Shown here piece after piece: positions 1 through 10,184 of a DNA stretch of 64,000 nt (positions are counted from its first letter, which is position 1; every line of letters begins with the position of its first letter). The position numbers were made by a program, and so were the translations under genes. The DNA is from Mucilaginibacter sp. (GTDB lineage Bacteria > Bacteroidota > Bacteroidia > Sphingobacteriales > Sphingobacteriaceae), in contig JAQBNZ010000129.1 in the NCBI GenBank assembly GCA_028288285.1, positions 31,390 to 95,389 of the forward strand, in the 5' to 3' direction. The notes beneath the pieces were generated by a model. It was given only the letters and a program-made list of their open reading frames with translations, had not been told where the DNA came from and did not search any database.

Positions 1-1
1 C

Positions 2-652
2 AGCAAAGCCCTCGACACTGCGTCGAAAGGTCTTGGACTTAACCTTGAGAAGCTGATTGGTAGTTATAATACAGTCAGCAGGTCAGCACCCTTGCCTACG
101 GGTATCGGAGGAGCGATAGGGCAGCTCATCTCCTCCGGCGGAAGCCTCTATATCAGGAAAAAACAAGCTGAAGAGGTCAAAAAGATCATACCACTGGCCG
201 ATACTATAATCGCGCAAATGACTAATAATATCCTTGTGTTGCTAAACGGTCAAATCGGCGCAGGACAAACCAACCTACCCCAGCTTATAGCATTAGAGAA
301 AGATAATATTGCACGGAGTTATAAACGTTTCTTAGGACTGAACCGGGAACAGATAAGTATACGGAAGGGAAAGGATACAACCGGTTACCGTGGAACCATT
401 GTAAGTGAGCGTTTCGCCGGCCTTGAGGATGACCGTGAATGTCTGAGACTGTTGGAAAACCTAAATTATACAGAACAGTTGCGATTACAATGTATTGCAG
501 CAACACAGAACCTGCGGAAAGCCCATAAAAAATTGCTTGAGTCCGTACAGCAAAAGAAAGACCTTAAAGAAATAGTTGCCGAAGTACAGTACTACGGAGA
601 AAACCAAAGAAAGATGCACCAAATTATAAAAGCCATTAATAGACAGCCATGA
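2..652 (+). CDS. Hypothetical alpha-helical protein, 5'-truncated by the window edge
   Basis: Frame is open from position 2 (SKALDTASKGLGLNLEKLIGSYN...) through the tracked ORF 92..652. Its stop overlaps the next ATG (ATGA). No family recognised. Confidence 0.7.
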   Translation, partial: SKALDTASKGLGLNLEKLIGSYNTVSRSAPLPTGIGGAIGQLISSGGSLYIRKKQAEEVKKIIPLADTIIAQMTNNILVLLNGQIGAGQTNLPQLIALEKDNIARSYKRFLGLNREQISIRKGKDTTGYRGTIVSERFAGLEDDRECLRLLENLNYTEQLRLQCIAATQNLRKAHKKLLESVQQKKDLKEIVAEVQYYGENQRKMHQIIKAINRQP

Positions 653-990
653 ACACCGAAAAACTTAAAACCCTGGAACAAATTTCCAAAGCGATGGACG
701 AGGTTAACGAGGCCAGTCAAAACCCGGAAAATAGTACTGAGGAACAAAGAGCTCTGGATCAAATCAGCGTGACGTTGCAAAAAATGCAGAACGACATTAT
801 TCTCAAAACGGAGAAAGAACTCGTATCTGCTCTTAGTCAGCCCGGTAAAGATCTCTCAGAACTGTCCAAAGCACTCAACAACTCAACAGAAAAACTTAAA
901 AAGATTTCCAAGACGGTCCAGGCAGTGAGCAAGACGGTGGAGGTACTGGTCAAGATCATCACATCAGCTGCTTCAGCAGGTTTATTGTAA
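649..990 (+). CDS. Hypothetical small coiled-coil protein
   Basis: 113 aa with heptad-like helices and a hydrophobic C-terminus; translationally coupled to the upstream ORF. Confidence 0.7.
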   Translation: MNTEKLKTLEQISKAMDEVNEASQNPENSTEEQRALDQISVTLQKMQNDIILKTEKELVSALSQPGKDLSELSKALNNSTEKLKKISKTVQAVSKTVEVLVKIITSAASAGLL

Positions 991-1004
991 ATAGAGATCA
1001 AAAA

Positions 1005-2306
1005 CTAATTTACGTTTATCACAAAAATCGTTTTTTTATCAGCAATTGTCTTTAAAGAAAATCCATACCCGTGATTTAGCATAATCTCTCTTACCAGCGT
1101 TAAGCCTATGCCTTGCCCGTCTTTTTTTGTACTGAAGAATGGCGAAAACAGATTAGCAATCTCATTGTCACTTATCCCCTTTCCATTATCGCTTATAGTT
1201 AACTGGCGCGTTTTATGATCTATATTGAAAACTATCTCCCCACTTTCATCAATTGCTTCAATCGCGTTTTTTACAATGTTAATAAGCGCCTGTTCTAATT
1301 GCTCAACATCAGCATTTATGATGAATGGTTTTGAATCAGACTCGTATATTAAACGCACACCTTTTTCTCCGGCTTTTATTTGCATTAATTCAATAACAGC
1401 TTTAACTAACTGGTGGAGGTCGGTTGGTTTCTTATTGGCAGGGGGCAGCTTCACCAGGTCGGCAAAGTTGCGTATAAAGTAGTTGAGGTTTTGGTTACGG
1501 TCAAACGCTACTTGCAGGGCATTATTCATCTGATTATTTGGCTGTCTGTTCCACAGATCGTAATTGTTTAAAGCAGATTGCAAAATGGAATTAACCGGAC
1601 CAATAGTGTTGTTCACTTCATGGGCCATCATCCGTATTACCTTACCATAGGTGTTTTTTTCGGCAGCCAGTATCTCGGCAGTGAGTTCTTCTATCATCAA
1701 AAAGCCGCGCTGAAAGCCGCGATCAATAAAGTGCGATTTCTGCACCTTGTAAGTGTTAACACCATCAAGCTTTATAGTAATCGTTTCGCCGGCTTTTAAG
1801 TTTGCCGCCTGTTCCAAAAGTGGGTGGTGCAACTGGTTTATCTGTTGCCCGCTCAATTCCTTTTCGCTACTGTTTAGTATCTGTGCTGCTTTGGGGTTAA
1901 GCTGATGTATGCGGTTGTCATGATCTAATATCACTATCCCGGTTGGTGAGGTATGTATAAGCTTTTCCAGGAAAAAGTGCTGCTCTTCTTGCCGGGTACG
2001 TTCGTTCCTTAATTCATCTATCATATGGTTGTACACGTTTATTAATTCATCAACCTCATACTTACCAGTTGGCAAAAACTTAACATTAAAATCCTGGTCT
2101 TTAATAGCCTCTATGCCCTGCAGTAACATTTTTATAGGGCTTATCAGTTGCCTGTAAAGCTGGATGGCTATTACCACCGATATAATTACAAAAACCTCAG
2201 ATATAATAAAGAAAACCCGGTTTTGATTGAAAATATAAAAGGTAAGGCACAGCGTTAAAAGGTGCAGTATTACAACAAAAACAATATACTTAGTCCTCAG
2301 CTTCAT
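1005..2306 (-). CDS. Sensor histidine kinase (TM-HAMP-PAS-HisKA-HATPase, NtrY-like)
   Basis: H-box MAHEVNN, N-box NIVKNAIEA, DNGKG, FSPFFSTK, GQGIGL. Start taken at ATG 2306 (MKLRTKY). Confidence 0.92.
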   Translation of the reverse strand: MKLRTKYIVFVVILHLLTLCLTFYIFNQNRVFFIISEVFVIISVVIAIQLYRQLISPIKMLLQGIEAIKDQDFNVKFLPTGKYEVDELINVYNHMIDELRNERTRQEEQHFFLEKLIHTSPTGIVILDHDNRIHQLNPKAAQILNSSEKELSGQQINQLHHPLLEQAANLKAGETITIKLDGVNTYKVQKSHFIDRGFQRGFLMIEELTAEILAAEKNTYGKVIRMMAHEVNNTIGPVNSILQSALNNYDLWNRQPNNQMNNALQVAFDRNQNLNYFIRNFADLVKLPPANKKPTDLHQLVKAVIELMQIKAGEKGVRLIYESDSKPFIINADVEQLEQALINIVKNAIEAIDESGEIVFNIDHKTRQLTISDNGKGISDNEIANLFSPFFSTKKDGQGIGLTLVREIMLNHGYGFSLKTIADKKTIFVINVN

Positions 2307-3663
2307 CGTAAGGTATTTCAAATTTATCCAAGCGCCGGTATAATGCACTGCGCGTAAGGCCGAGTGCGGTGGCTGCCCGGCTTACTTTATTTTTATGGAA
2401 CAACATGGCACGTTTTATCATTTCAATTTCCATCTCCTCCAATGTTACTGAACCTACACCCGGCCATTGCATATTACCATTTTTTTGTGGCGATAATTCC
2501 AGCTGCGATCTAAAATCATCTATTTCCAGTACATTTTTTTTACTTACCAGGATAGATCGTTCTACCAAATTCTTTAACTGCCTGATGTTGCCTGGCAGGG
2601 GCAATTGCTGCAACCATTTCATAGCGCTTTTTGATACCGTAAGCCCTGGCCTGTTATAGATTTGTTTAAGGTTATTAATAAAAAAGTCAACCAGCAGCGG
2701 AATGTCCTTTGGCCGCTCGCGCAGGGCTGGCAGGGTTACCGTGATAAGGTTAATACGATACAACAGGTCTTCCCGGAAAGTGCCACTGCCTACCATGACA
2801 GATAAATTTTTGTTGGTAGCACACACAATACGCAGATCTACGATTTTGGTGCGGCTACTACCTAACACTTCGTACGTACGGTCCTGCAATACTCGCAGCA
2901 GCTTTACCTGGCTGCCGGCATCAAGATCGCCTATTTCATCTAAAAAGATAGTGCCCTTGTTAGCCATCTCAAACCTGCCGGCCCTATCAAAACGGGCATC
3001 GGTAAATGCACCACGCACATGGCCAAACATCTCACTCTCAAATAATGAGGTTGATATCCCGCCCAAATTTACCTTTATAAACGGCTTGTTACGGCGTAGG
3101 CTATTTTGGTGCACCGCCTCGGCTATTAGTTCCTTCCCGGTACCGCTTTCGCCCATTATCAATATAGAAGCATCGGTTGTAGCCACCCTGCCAATGGTTT
3201 CCAGTATCTGCAGCATTTGCGGGTCTTCACCTATAATATGCTGGAAGTTATAATCTTTATCCAGTTGTTTGCGGGTGCGGTTAACTACGCTTTTCTCTTG
3301 CAGATCAAGCAAGGTTTTTACAGACTGTAGCAGGTGTCCGTTATCCCAGGGTTTGTTGATAAAATCATTTGCGCCCATTTTCATGCCTTGTACTGCCAGC
3401 ACAATGCTGCCCCAGCCGGTGAGCAGTATCACCGGGATAGCCTCATCAGCTTTTTTAATGTCGTTTAGCAGCGCCATGCCTTCCTCACCGGTTGTACCGA
3501 TGGAGAAGTTTAGATCGAGGATGATAAGCTCGGGCCTTTTGTGTTTAATAATGCGCATTGCCTCGGCAGGCGTTTCGGCACCGGTTACTTCATAACCTTC
3601 GCTTTTTAATAACAGCTGCAGCGATGTTCTTACAGCAATATCATCATCAATAACCAGTATCAT
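2290..3663 (-). CDS. Sigma54-dependent response regulator (NtrC family)
   Basis: Receiver domain, GESGTGKE Walker A, GAFTDA loop, FREDLLYR, C-terminal Fis HTH. Confidence 0.95.
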   Translation of the reverse strand: MILVIDDDIAVRTSLQLLLKSEGYEVTGAETPAEAMRIIKHKRPELIILDLNFSIGTTGEEGMALLNDIKKADEAIPVILLTGWGSIVLAVQGMKMGANDFINKPWDNGHLLQSVKTLLDLQEKSVVNRTRKQLDKDYNFQHIIGEDPQMLQILETIGRVATTDASILIMGESGTGKELIAEAVHQNSLRRNKPFIKVNLGGISTSLFESEMFGHVRGAFTDARFDRAGRFEMANKGTIFLDEIGDLDAGSQVKLLRVLQDRTYEVLGSSRTKIVDLRIVCATNKNLSVMVGSGTFREDLLYRINLITVTLPALRERPKDIPLLVDFFINNLKQIYNRPGLTVSKSAMKWLQQLPLPGNIRQLKNLVERSILVSKKNVLEIDDFRSQLELSPQKNGNMQWPGVGSVTLEEMEIEMIKRAMLFHKNKVSRAATALGLTRSALYRRLDKFEIPYDEAED

Positions 3664-3681
3664 ACAGTCAAAGCTAAATTA

Positions 3682-4866
3682 TTATTCTTCATGTAATGCA
3701 ACCGCCGGATAAATTGCTGCAGCCTGTTTACCCGGGTAAAGTGAACAAACCAGCACCAGTATGTAAATAAATATGATAGACAAGAGCATTGCGATAACAT
3801 AAACGCTTGAGGGCAAGTCGAAAACGTTTAACAGGGGGAACTGTACGGCAAAAAACGAGCCTATAATAAGCGACAATGTTGCCAGTATCATGGCCTCGTT
3901 TACCAGTTGATATGATACCGAGTTACCTGATGCACCAACTGCCCGGCGCAAGCCAATTTCGCCGCGCCTTTTATTAATATTATACCAAAGCACACCAAAA
4001 ATACCCAAAGCCACATTTATAATTAGGAATGCGGCCACAATAGAAAGTATAATAAGCGGTACAAGCGTAAACTTATTATAAGCTGTTAACTTGTTAGATA
4101 AATGCTCAATCTCAATATTTGAATTCTTTAACGAATTAGCCATGAATTTATACAGACGGCTTTCAAAGGCGGCATCAGCATCAGGGCTTACCTTTACCAG
4201 TATTTTACTCAGCCAATGGTAGGCAGATGTATCATAAAGTGCATACATAGCCTTCGCTGGTGCCTGATAATCGCCATCAAATTTAATATTGTCAACAACA
4301 CCTATTATCTTGATCTTATTTTTATCGTCATAATTGCCAAAAATTTTCCCAATGGCATCTGCATTACCAAAAAGCCTTTCTTTTAGCACATTGTTTATCA
4401 CTATTATTTGCTGGCCGGGTACGTGATCTGCCTTGTTATACCAACGCCCTGCTAATAATTTAAGATTAAGCGTATGTGGGTAGTTTTCATCAACCCAAAA
4501 ATTATTTATCTGGCTAATTTGTTCTCCCTTGTATTTTATGCCGGTGCTCATATGTGAATTTGAGAAGGGTATGTTTGCGCTGGTAATGGATGCATCAAGC
4601 ACCTGCGGCATTGCCTTAATATTGCGTACAAGGCCCTGGTAAAATAGCTTTAGCGAATCGGCATTTTTAGTTTCCAGTGTATTGTTGTAATTAATGGCCC
4701 ACACATGCTCGTAATCTATCCCCATAGGCTTAGCATAATTGCTATAGGAGTTTAAGCCGAAGCTAAACACGGCAAATATTACCATGAAAGACAGAAGGAT
4801 CTCCACAATAAGCAAGGAATTTTGCTTCTTTTTATTCCAGATCATTTTAAATAAATGCTTTAACAT
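3682..4866 (-). CDS. ABC transporter permease (MacB/FtsX family)
   Basis: N-terminal TM, periplasmic domain, EIGLRRAVGA motif, C-terminal TMs ending PAVALHEE. Confidence 0.92.
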   Translation of the reverse strand: MLKHLFKMIWNKKKQNSLLIVEILLSFMVIFAVFSFGLNSYSNYAKPMGIDYEHVWAINYNNTLETKNADSLKLFYQGLVRNIKAMPQVLDASITSANIPFSNSHMSTGIKYKGEQISQINNFWVDENYPHTLNLKLLAGRWYNKADHVPGQQIIVINNVLKERLFGNADAIGKIFGNYDDKNKIKIIGVVDNIKFDGDYQAPAKAMYALYDTSAYHWLSKILVKVSPDADAAFESRLYKFMANSLKNSNIEIEHLSNKLTAYNKFTLVPLIILSIVAAFLIINVALGIFGVLWYNINKRRGEIGLRRAVGASGNSVSYQLVNEAMILATLSLIIGSFFAVQFPLLNVFDLPSSVYVIAMLLSIIFIYILVLVCSLYPGKQAAAIYPAVALHEE

Positions 4867-4895
4867 AATATTTTGAATTTTAAGGTTAATTAAAT

Positions 4896-6128
4896 TTATT
4901 GAGCCTTTAAAGCCGTTACGATGTTGAGTTTAGACATGCGCCAGGCGGGATAAACCCCGGATAGCAATCCAAAAAAGATACAGGTAAGGAAGGCATAACA
5001 CAGCACCGTGAAGTTTAAGCTGAGGTTGAGGTTGGCTATAAACTGCGCATCGTTGATGAAATACATCACCACTACCGATAATACCACCCCAATCATCCCG
5101 CCCAAAAACGTCAGGATCAGGTTCTCTACAATAAACTGGTAAGCCAGCGTTTTTGATGATGCCCCGAAGGCTTTGCGCACCCCAATTTCCGACGAACGCT
5201 CCATAATGCGGGTAATGTTCACGTTCACCAGGTTTAGCGTAGGCAGCAGCATCACAAACAAGGCAAATAGGCTTATGGCTGTCAGCGCGTACACCATTCC
5301 CGAACTTGTTTCACTCCCGGTGCGCACATAGCCTTCGATATAGGAATCCGCGTGACTGTAAACATGGTCCCACTCCTTACCGGGTATAGGCAGTTTGGCT
5401 ACGATATCGGCATATTCTTTTTTCATTTTTGGCACATCGTCCATATTTTTTGCCAGCACAATAGCGCCATAATTACCCATATAACCCTTATCTGCTTCCA
5501 GCTTTGTTTTAGAGGTGGTGATTGGCAGGTATATATCTGAATATAATATGTACGAGGTGATTGGCAGGCTTTTAACTACGCCGCATACCTTATATTTAAT
5601 ATTATCGGCCTCGATATATTTGCCAACTGCAGAGCTTTTATCGTCGCCAAAATATTCCTTTTTCATATCCTCGGATATAACCGTAACGCGTTCGGCATTA
5701 TCTGTTTGCTGTTTGCTGATGGGTTTGCCCTCGATAAAATCAAAATCGAGCACTTCCCAGAAATCGGCATTGGTGTACTTATAGTTGATAACGATCTTGC
5801 GGTTATTTACATAAGTATTGGTAGAGCCGTACCCTGATGAAATTGCCACTTTAACCGGCATTTTCATTTTGGCAATGTAATGGTTGATGTAGTAATAGGT
5901 TAGCGCGCTGGCGTTCATGGATTCTTTTCCGCGCAGCTCTATTTTACTGATATAAAGGGAACGGTCGCGCTTTTTATCGGGATAATTGTCGTTTATTACT
6001 TTATCGATAAAAGCGGTCATCACCAGCAGTAGGGTCAGCGTAAAGCTAATGCCGAACAAGCTGATAAAAGTGAAGAACTTTCTTCGCCTTAAAACCGCTA
6101 TGGCTATTTTAAAATAATTTTTTAGCAT
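4896..6128 (-). CDS. ABC transporter permease (MacB/FtsX family)
   Basis: MLKNYFKIA start, EIGVRKAFGA, GVYPAW motifs. Confidence 0.92.
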   Translation of the reverse strand: MLKNYFKIAIAVLRRRKFFTFISLFGISFTLTLLLVMTAFIDKVINDNYPDKKRDRSLYISKIELRGKESMNASALTYYYINHYIAKMKMPVKVAISSGYGSTNTYVNNRKIVINYKYTNADFWEVLDFDFIEGKPISKQQTDNAERVTVISEDMKKEYFGDDKSSAVGKYIEADNIKYKVCGVVKSLPITSYILYSDIYLPITTSKTKLEADKGYMGNYGAIVLAKNMDDVPKMKKEYADIVAKLPIPGKEWDHVYSHADSYIEGYVRTGSETSSGMVYALTAISLFALFVMLLPTLNLVNVNITRIMERSSEIGVRKAFGASSKTLAYQFIVENLILTFLGGMIGVVLSVVVMYFINDAQFIANLNLSLNFTVLCYAFLTCIFFGLLSGVYPAWRMSKLNIVTALKAQ

Positions 6129-6153
6129 GATCTTAATTTTTTAGGTTGATGAA

Positions 6154-6819
6154 TTATTGAACCTGCGATCCGTCAAACAACCTTACCAGGCGATGGGTTT
6201 TTTGAGCCATGTTCTCGTCATGTGTAACCATTACAATGGTAGTGCCTTCGTTGCGGTTAAGCTGTAACAGAATTTCCATTATCTCGTTACCCATGGCGCT
6301 GTCCAGGTTACCGGTAGGCTCATCGGCCAAAATAATTTCGGGACGGCCTACAATGGCGCGTGCAATTGCCACACGCTGCCTTTGCCCGCCCGAAAGCTGC
6401 GAAGGGAAGTGTTTGATACGATTGCTTAAACCTACCTTTTCCAAAGCCTCGGTAGCAAGCTGTTTCCGCTCCTTAGCGGTCGAATCGCGATACAACAAAG
6501 GAAGCTCCACATTGTCCAATACCTGCAAGTCATTTATAAGATGGTAGCTTTGAAAAATAAAACCAAGCTTTTTATTGCGAAACTGGGCAAGCTTCTTGTC
6601 TGAGAATTTATGGGTAGCTTGTTCATCAATGCTAATGCTGCCTTTTGATGGCATATCCAGCAAACCAATTATGTTTAGCAGCGTGCTTTTACCACAGCCG
6701 GAAGGGCCCATTATAGACAGGAACTCGCCTTTTTCTACTTCAAGATTAATGCTGTTAAGTGCCAGGGTTTGGATAGTGTCTGTACGGTACACCTTTTCAA
6801 TGTTTTGTAATCGTATCAT
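6154..6819 (-). CDS. ABC transporter ATP-binding protein (LolD/MacB-like)
   Basis: [31 protein letters not shown]. Confidence 0.95.
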   Translation of the reverse strand: MIRLQNIEKVYRTDTIQTLALNSINLEVEKGEFLSIMGPSGCGKSTLLNIIGLLDMPSKGSISIDEQATHKFSDKKLAQFRNKKLGFIFQSYHLINDLQVLDNVELPLLYRDSTAKERKQLATEALEKVGLSNRIKHFPSQLSGGQRQRVAIARAIVGRPEIILADEPTGNLDSAMGNEIMEILLQLNRNEGTTIVMVTHDENMAQKTHRLVRLFDGSQVQ

Positions 6820-6839
6820 GTGATTTAAGTTAGTATTTT

Positions 6840-8294
6840 TTATTTATATGTTATTTTTTGATTTCGTTCAAAGTCATAAAGCGACAGATACCGCAACTGA
6901 TAATAGGCTCCCCAAAAATCGCGGAGGGCAGCTATATAGTCACGTTTTGCCTGGTCATTTTCCTGGAAGGCAATGCTTAGGTCGGTGATGCTCAGGTCGC
7001 CCAGTACATATCTTTCACGTGCTATCTGATATTTTTCGGATGCAATGCTATCTGCCTGCGCGGTAAACACCAGCTGGTTTTTCATCATATTAAACAGCGT
7101 AACCTGGGTAACTATTTGCTGTTTAAAGGTTTGTTTATCCTGCTCAACGGCGTACTCTACAAACTGCTCATTTGCCTGCGCCGTTTTAGTACGCGATTTT
7201 GACCGCCCCCAATCCAATACTGGTATGCTAAATTGCAGTTGCAGCAATTGCTGGTTTTGTGGTGATCTGTAAACATCAGCAATAGTTCTTGCGGTGTTGG
7301 AGTAACCCAGGTTGGCAGTAAGAGTAGCTATTAGCCCGCTTTGTCCTTTTGCTTTGGTAACATCACGTTTGGCTTCGGCAATGCGGCGCATAAAGGCTAT
7401 CGCATCAGACCGGTTCTCAAAAGCCTCTGCCAATACCCTGTCTGCAGATACTTCCATGTTAATAGTCGATCCCGGCAGTTCAAGGGCAATCTTATCCTCG
7501 CCCTCGGTACCTGTATAAGTGCGCAGATTCAGTGTGGCAATTTCCATATCGCGTTTTGCGGTGCCAACGGCTTTTTGCGCGTTAAGGCGCTCCAGCTGTA
7601 ACTGTAATATCTCGTTTTTAGATACTTTGCCCAGCTCAAATTTTAAGTTGGCTATTTTTAGGATTTTTTCGGTATTGGTAAAGTTTGTTTCGGCTATTTG
7701 AAGGTTAACCTGCGCCAGCAGCAGATCAAAAAAGTAGCCGCTCACGGTAATAGATATCTGCTCCTGCGATTCGATATAGGCTTGTTTGCTTTCGTTAAAT
7801 TTTAACGGCTCTATCTTTTTATCCCATCGTAAGGCATTAAACTGAAATAGCGGCTGACTATAACCAATGGCATAGGGCACACCATTGTATAACACATTAT
7901 TACGGTCGAAATCAGAAAAGCGCTGCATTTGGGTGGTGCCGTAAATTGTACCGCCTGTTGCGGTTAAACCCTGACTAAAATTAAGTTGCAGGGACGAATT
8001 ATCATTATGTACCGGCTGGAATAGGATAGTGCCATCTGGCTGTAATACTTGCTGTGTAGTTTTGCTGTAGCCGGGCAGGATGCCGCTCAATGATAGTTGC
8101 GGCTGATAGTTTGATTTAAAGGTGCGCCATTGCCAGTACTTTGTCTCGCGTACAGTAGTGGCCTGCTTGGCGGCTATAGAATTGCTTTTAGCCATATCAA
8201 CCACCTGCTGCAGGGTAAGCCGTGTAGTATCTGCAGTGCTGCCAAACGCCAGCTTGCTTATGAATATAAATATAATAAGGTTTAGATACTTCAT
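6840..8294 (-). CDS. TolC family outer-membrane efflux protein
   Basis: Signal peptide, LTLQQVVDMA, two helical OEP-like repeats, operon context. Confidence 0.9.
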   Translation of the reverse strand: MKYLNLIIFIFISKLAFGSTADTTRLTLQQVVDMAKSNSIAAKQATTVRETKYWQWRTFKSNYQPQLSLSGILPGYSKTTQQVLQPDGTILFQPVHNDNSSLQLNFSQGLTATGGTIYGTTQMQRFSDFDRNNVLYNGVPYAIGYSQPLFQFNALRWDKKIEPLKFNESKQAYIESQEQISITVSGYFFDLLLAQVNLQIAETNFTNTEKILKIANLKFELGKVSKNEILQLQLERLNAQKAVGTAKRDMEIATLNLRTYTGTEGEDKIALELPGSTINMEVSADRVLAEAFENRSDAIAFMRRIAEAKRDVTKAKGQSGLIATLTANLGYSNTARTIADVYRSPQNQQLLQLQFSIPVLDWGRSKSRTKTAQANEQFVEYAVEQDKQTFKQQIVTQVTLFNMMKNQLVFTAQADSIASEKYQIARERYVLGDLSITDLSIAFQENDQAKRDYIAALRDFWGAYYQLRYLSLYDFERNQKITYK

Positions 8295-8298
8295 GACC

Positions 8299-9546
8299 TT
8301 AGTTGTTGATGGTTAACTCTTTCACGTTCTTGTACTCGGCCATATCTGATGTTATTACTACATCACCGGGCTTAACGCCATCCTTTATCTCCACATAATC
8401 AAAATTGCTTAAGCCTATGTGTACAGATGTTCGCTCGGCCTTACCACCATTCAGCACAAAAATATCCTGGTTTGCCGGGCCTCTGAATGCCGGGCCGTTA
8501 GCCACACGCATCACTTTGCTGTGCATATTGGTCACTAAAAATACATCCACTTTCATGTTTGGCCTAAGTTGTTTGCTGTTGCGCTCATCAAGCTGTACAT
8601 CAAAAGTTACAATACCGTTCTGCACTGATGGATATACATTTACCACATGTCCCTTTAGTTGCGTCTCGTTTATGCGCACTATAACCGGCATGCCGTTGTG
8701 CAGTTGATCCATATAATTATCAGATATGCTGCCATTAACTTTAAAGCTGCTCAAATTGGCAATGCGGGCAAGCGATTCACCTTCGCGCACCGTAGCGCCA
8801 ATGTTTTTATTTACATAAGTAACCACTCCGCTACGGGTAGCTATAATGTTGGCCAGCTGTAGTTTGCGTTGTAATTCTCGCAGATCATTCTCCTGTATGG
8901 CCAATGCAATTTCGGCCTCCTTAATTTCTATCTGCATGGTTTGCTGCTTGCTTTTAATCTCGTTCTCCAGTTGTTTCTTTTCCAGTTGGGCAACTTTCAG
9001 GTTTAGCTGGGCTTGCTCAATACCCTCGCGTGTACCGCCACCAGCTTTAAAAAGACGTTTGGCATTTTCTACTGCATCGGCCAGGTTACTAATGCGAAGC
9101 TGTTTAATGTCGTTGTTTGATTGTATGTCAAAAAAACTTTTGTTCAGATCGAGCTTCAGCTTACTGATCTCGTTACGTTTGCTTTGCAACTGGAAGTTGA
9201 TCTTCTCAAATTCCGTTTGAGATGCCGATTTATCAAGCGTAAGAATAGATTGCCCTGCCTTAACCTTGTTGCCTGCATCCATTACCACATTTTTTATAGA
9301 GGCACTTATAGGGCTGGTTAATATCTCCTCAAATTCGGGCAGTACCTCGCCGCTGGCATTCAATGTGTTTTCTACATCACCCCGTTCAACTATTCCGGTA
9401 ATTATCTGCGCTTTACTAATGGTTGATTTAAGTGTTGCCCGTATAAACCATATTGCTAATACAAACAGCGCCAGTATTACGATACCTATAGTGATGCCCT
9501 TTTTTCTTTTCTGGGCTGATACTTCTTCTTCAATTACCTTATCCAT
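8299..9546 (-). CDS. Efflux periplasmic adaptor subunit (MacA/HlyD family)
   Basis: N-terminal TM, lipoyl-like halves flanking a coiled coil, C-terminal GLSN..VEIKDGVKPGDVVI. Confidence 0.9.
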   Translation of the reverse strand: MDKVIEEEVSAQKRKKGITIGIVILALFVLAIWFIRATLKSTISKAQIITGIVERGDVENTLNASGEVLPEFEEILTSPISASIKNVVMDAGNKVKAGQSILTLDKSASQTEFEKINFQLQSKRNEISKLKLDLNKSFFDIQSNNDIKQLRISNLADAVENAKRLFKAGGGTREGIEQAQLNLKVAQLEKKQLENEIKSKQQTMQIEIKEAEIALAIQENDLRELQRKLQLANIIATRSGVVTYVNKNIGATVREGESLARIANLSSFKVNGSISDNYMDQLHNGMPVIVRINETQLKGHVVNVYPSVQNGIVTFDVQLDERNSKQLRPNMKVDVFLVTNMHSKVMRVANGPAFRGPANQDIFVLNGGKAERTSVHIGLSNFDYVEIKDGVKPGDVVITSDMAEYKNVKELTINN

Positions 9547-9572
9547 TTGTGATAAATTATGTATATCTGGTT

Positions 9573-9588
9573 TGCAAGGCTTGTACCA
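9573..9588 (-). promoter_or_regulatory. Sigma54 (-24/-12) promoter of the export operon
   Basis: Minus strand reads TGGTAC-AAGCC-TTGCA, matching TGGCAC-N5-TTGC, 27 nt upstream of the first gene. The operon encodes its own sigma54 activator. Confidence 0.8.
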
Positions 9589-9639
9589 AAGTTAAACGAT
9601 TGTAATACAGTTAGTTATTTGGTTATGGCTTTTAAAAAG

Positions 9640-9655
9640 TGACCGATATCGGACA
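9640..9655. promoter_or_regulatory. Probable enhancer site for the NtrC-family activator
   Basis: Near-palindrome TGACCGATATCGGACA about 50 nt upstream of the sigma54 promoter; a weaker copy (TTTTGATTTCGAAACA) follows at 9661-9676. Confidence 0.55.
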
Positions 9656-9748
9656 AAGTATTTTGATTTCGAAACAGAATGATCAGACAAACTAAAATTT
9701 AAAAAGCCAAAGCACAAACAACTCGTTCTTTCTGACTGTTTTGAACAC

Positions 9749-10180
9749 ATGGCAAGGAAGAAAGACCTGACAAGGTTTATGGAGGCGCAGGAGAGGGACT
9801 ATCAGGTGGCGTTCGCGGAGGTGAAAAAGGGCAGAAAACGCAGCCACTGGATGTGGTACATTTTTCCTCAGATAGAAGGGCTTGGTATTAGCGAGATATC
9901 CCAGTTTTATGCCATAAAAGACATACAGGAAGCAGAATTGTATTTAAAGCATCCTGTATTAGGCAGCAGGCTCATTCGTATTTGTAAAGAACTGCTTAAA
10001 CAGGAGGTAAGCGATGCCAATATGATATTTGGCAGCCCTGACGATATGAAGTTAAAGTCATGCATGACCTTGTTTGCATCCTTAGAAAACACAGATGCGG
10101 TCTTCCAGGCAGTATTAAACAAGTATTTCCAGGGAGCCAAAGACGATAAAACATTAAGTATCATAACAATTAAAAAATAA
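9749..10180 (+). CDS. DUF1810 family protein
   Basis: RFMEAQ, GRKRSHWMWYIFPQ, YLKHPVLGSRL, IFGSPDDMKLKSCMTLF. Confidence 0.9.
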   Translation: MARKKDLTRFMEAQERDYQVAFAEVKKGRKRSHWMWYIFPQIEGLGISEISQFYAIKDIQEAELYLKHPVLGSRLIRICKELLKQEVSDANMIFGSPDDMKLKSCMTLFASLENTDAVFQAVLNKYFQGAKDDKTLSIITIKK

Positions 10181-10184
10181 AATC

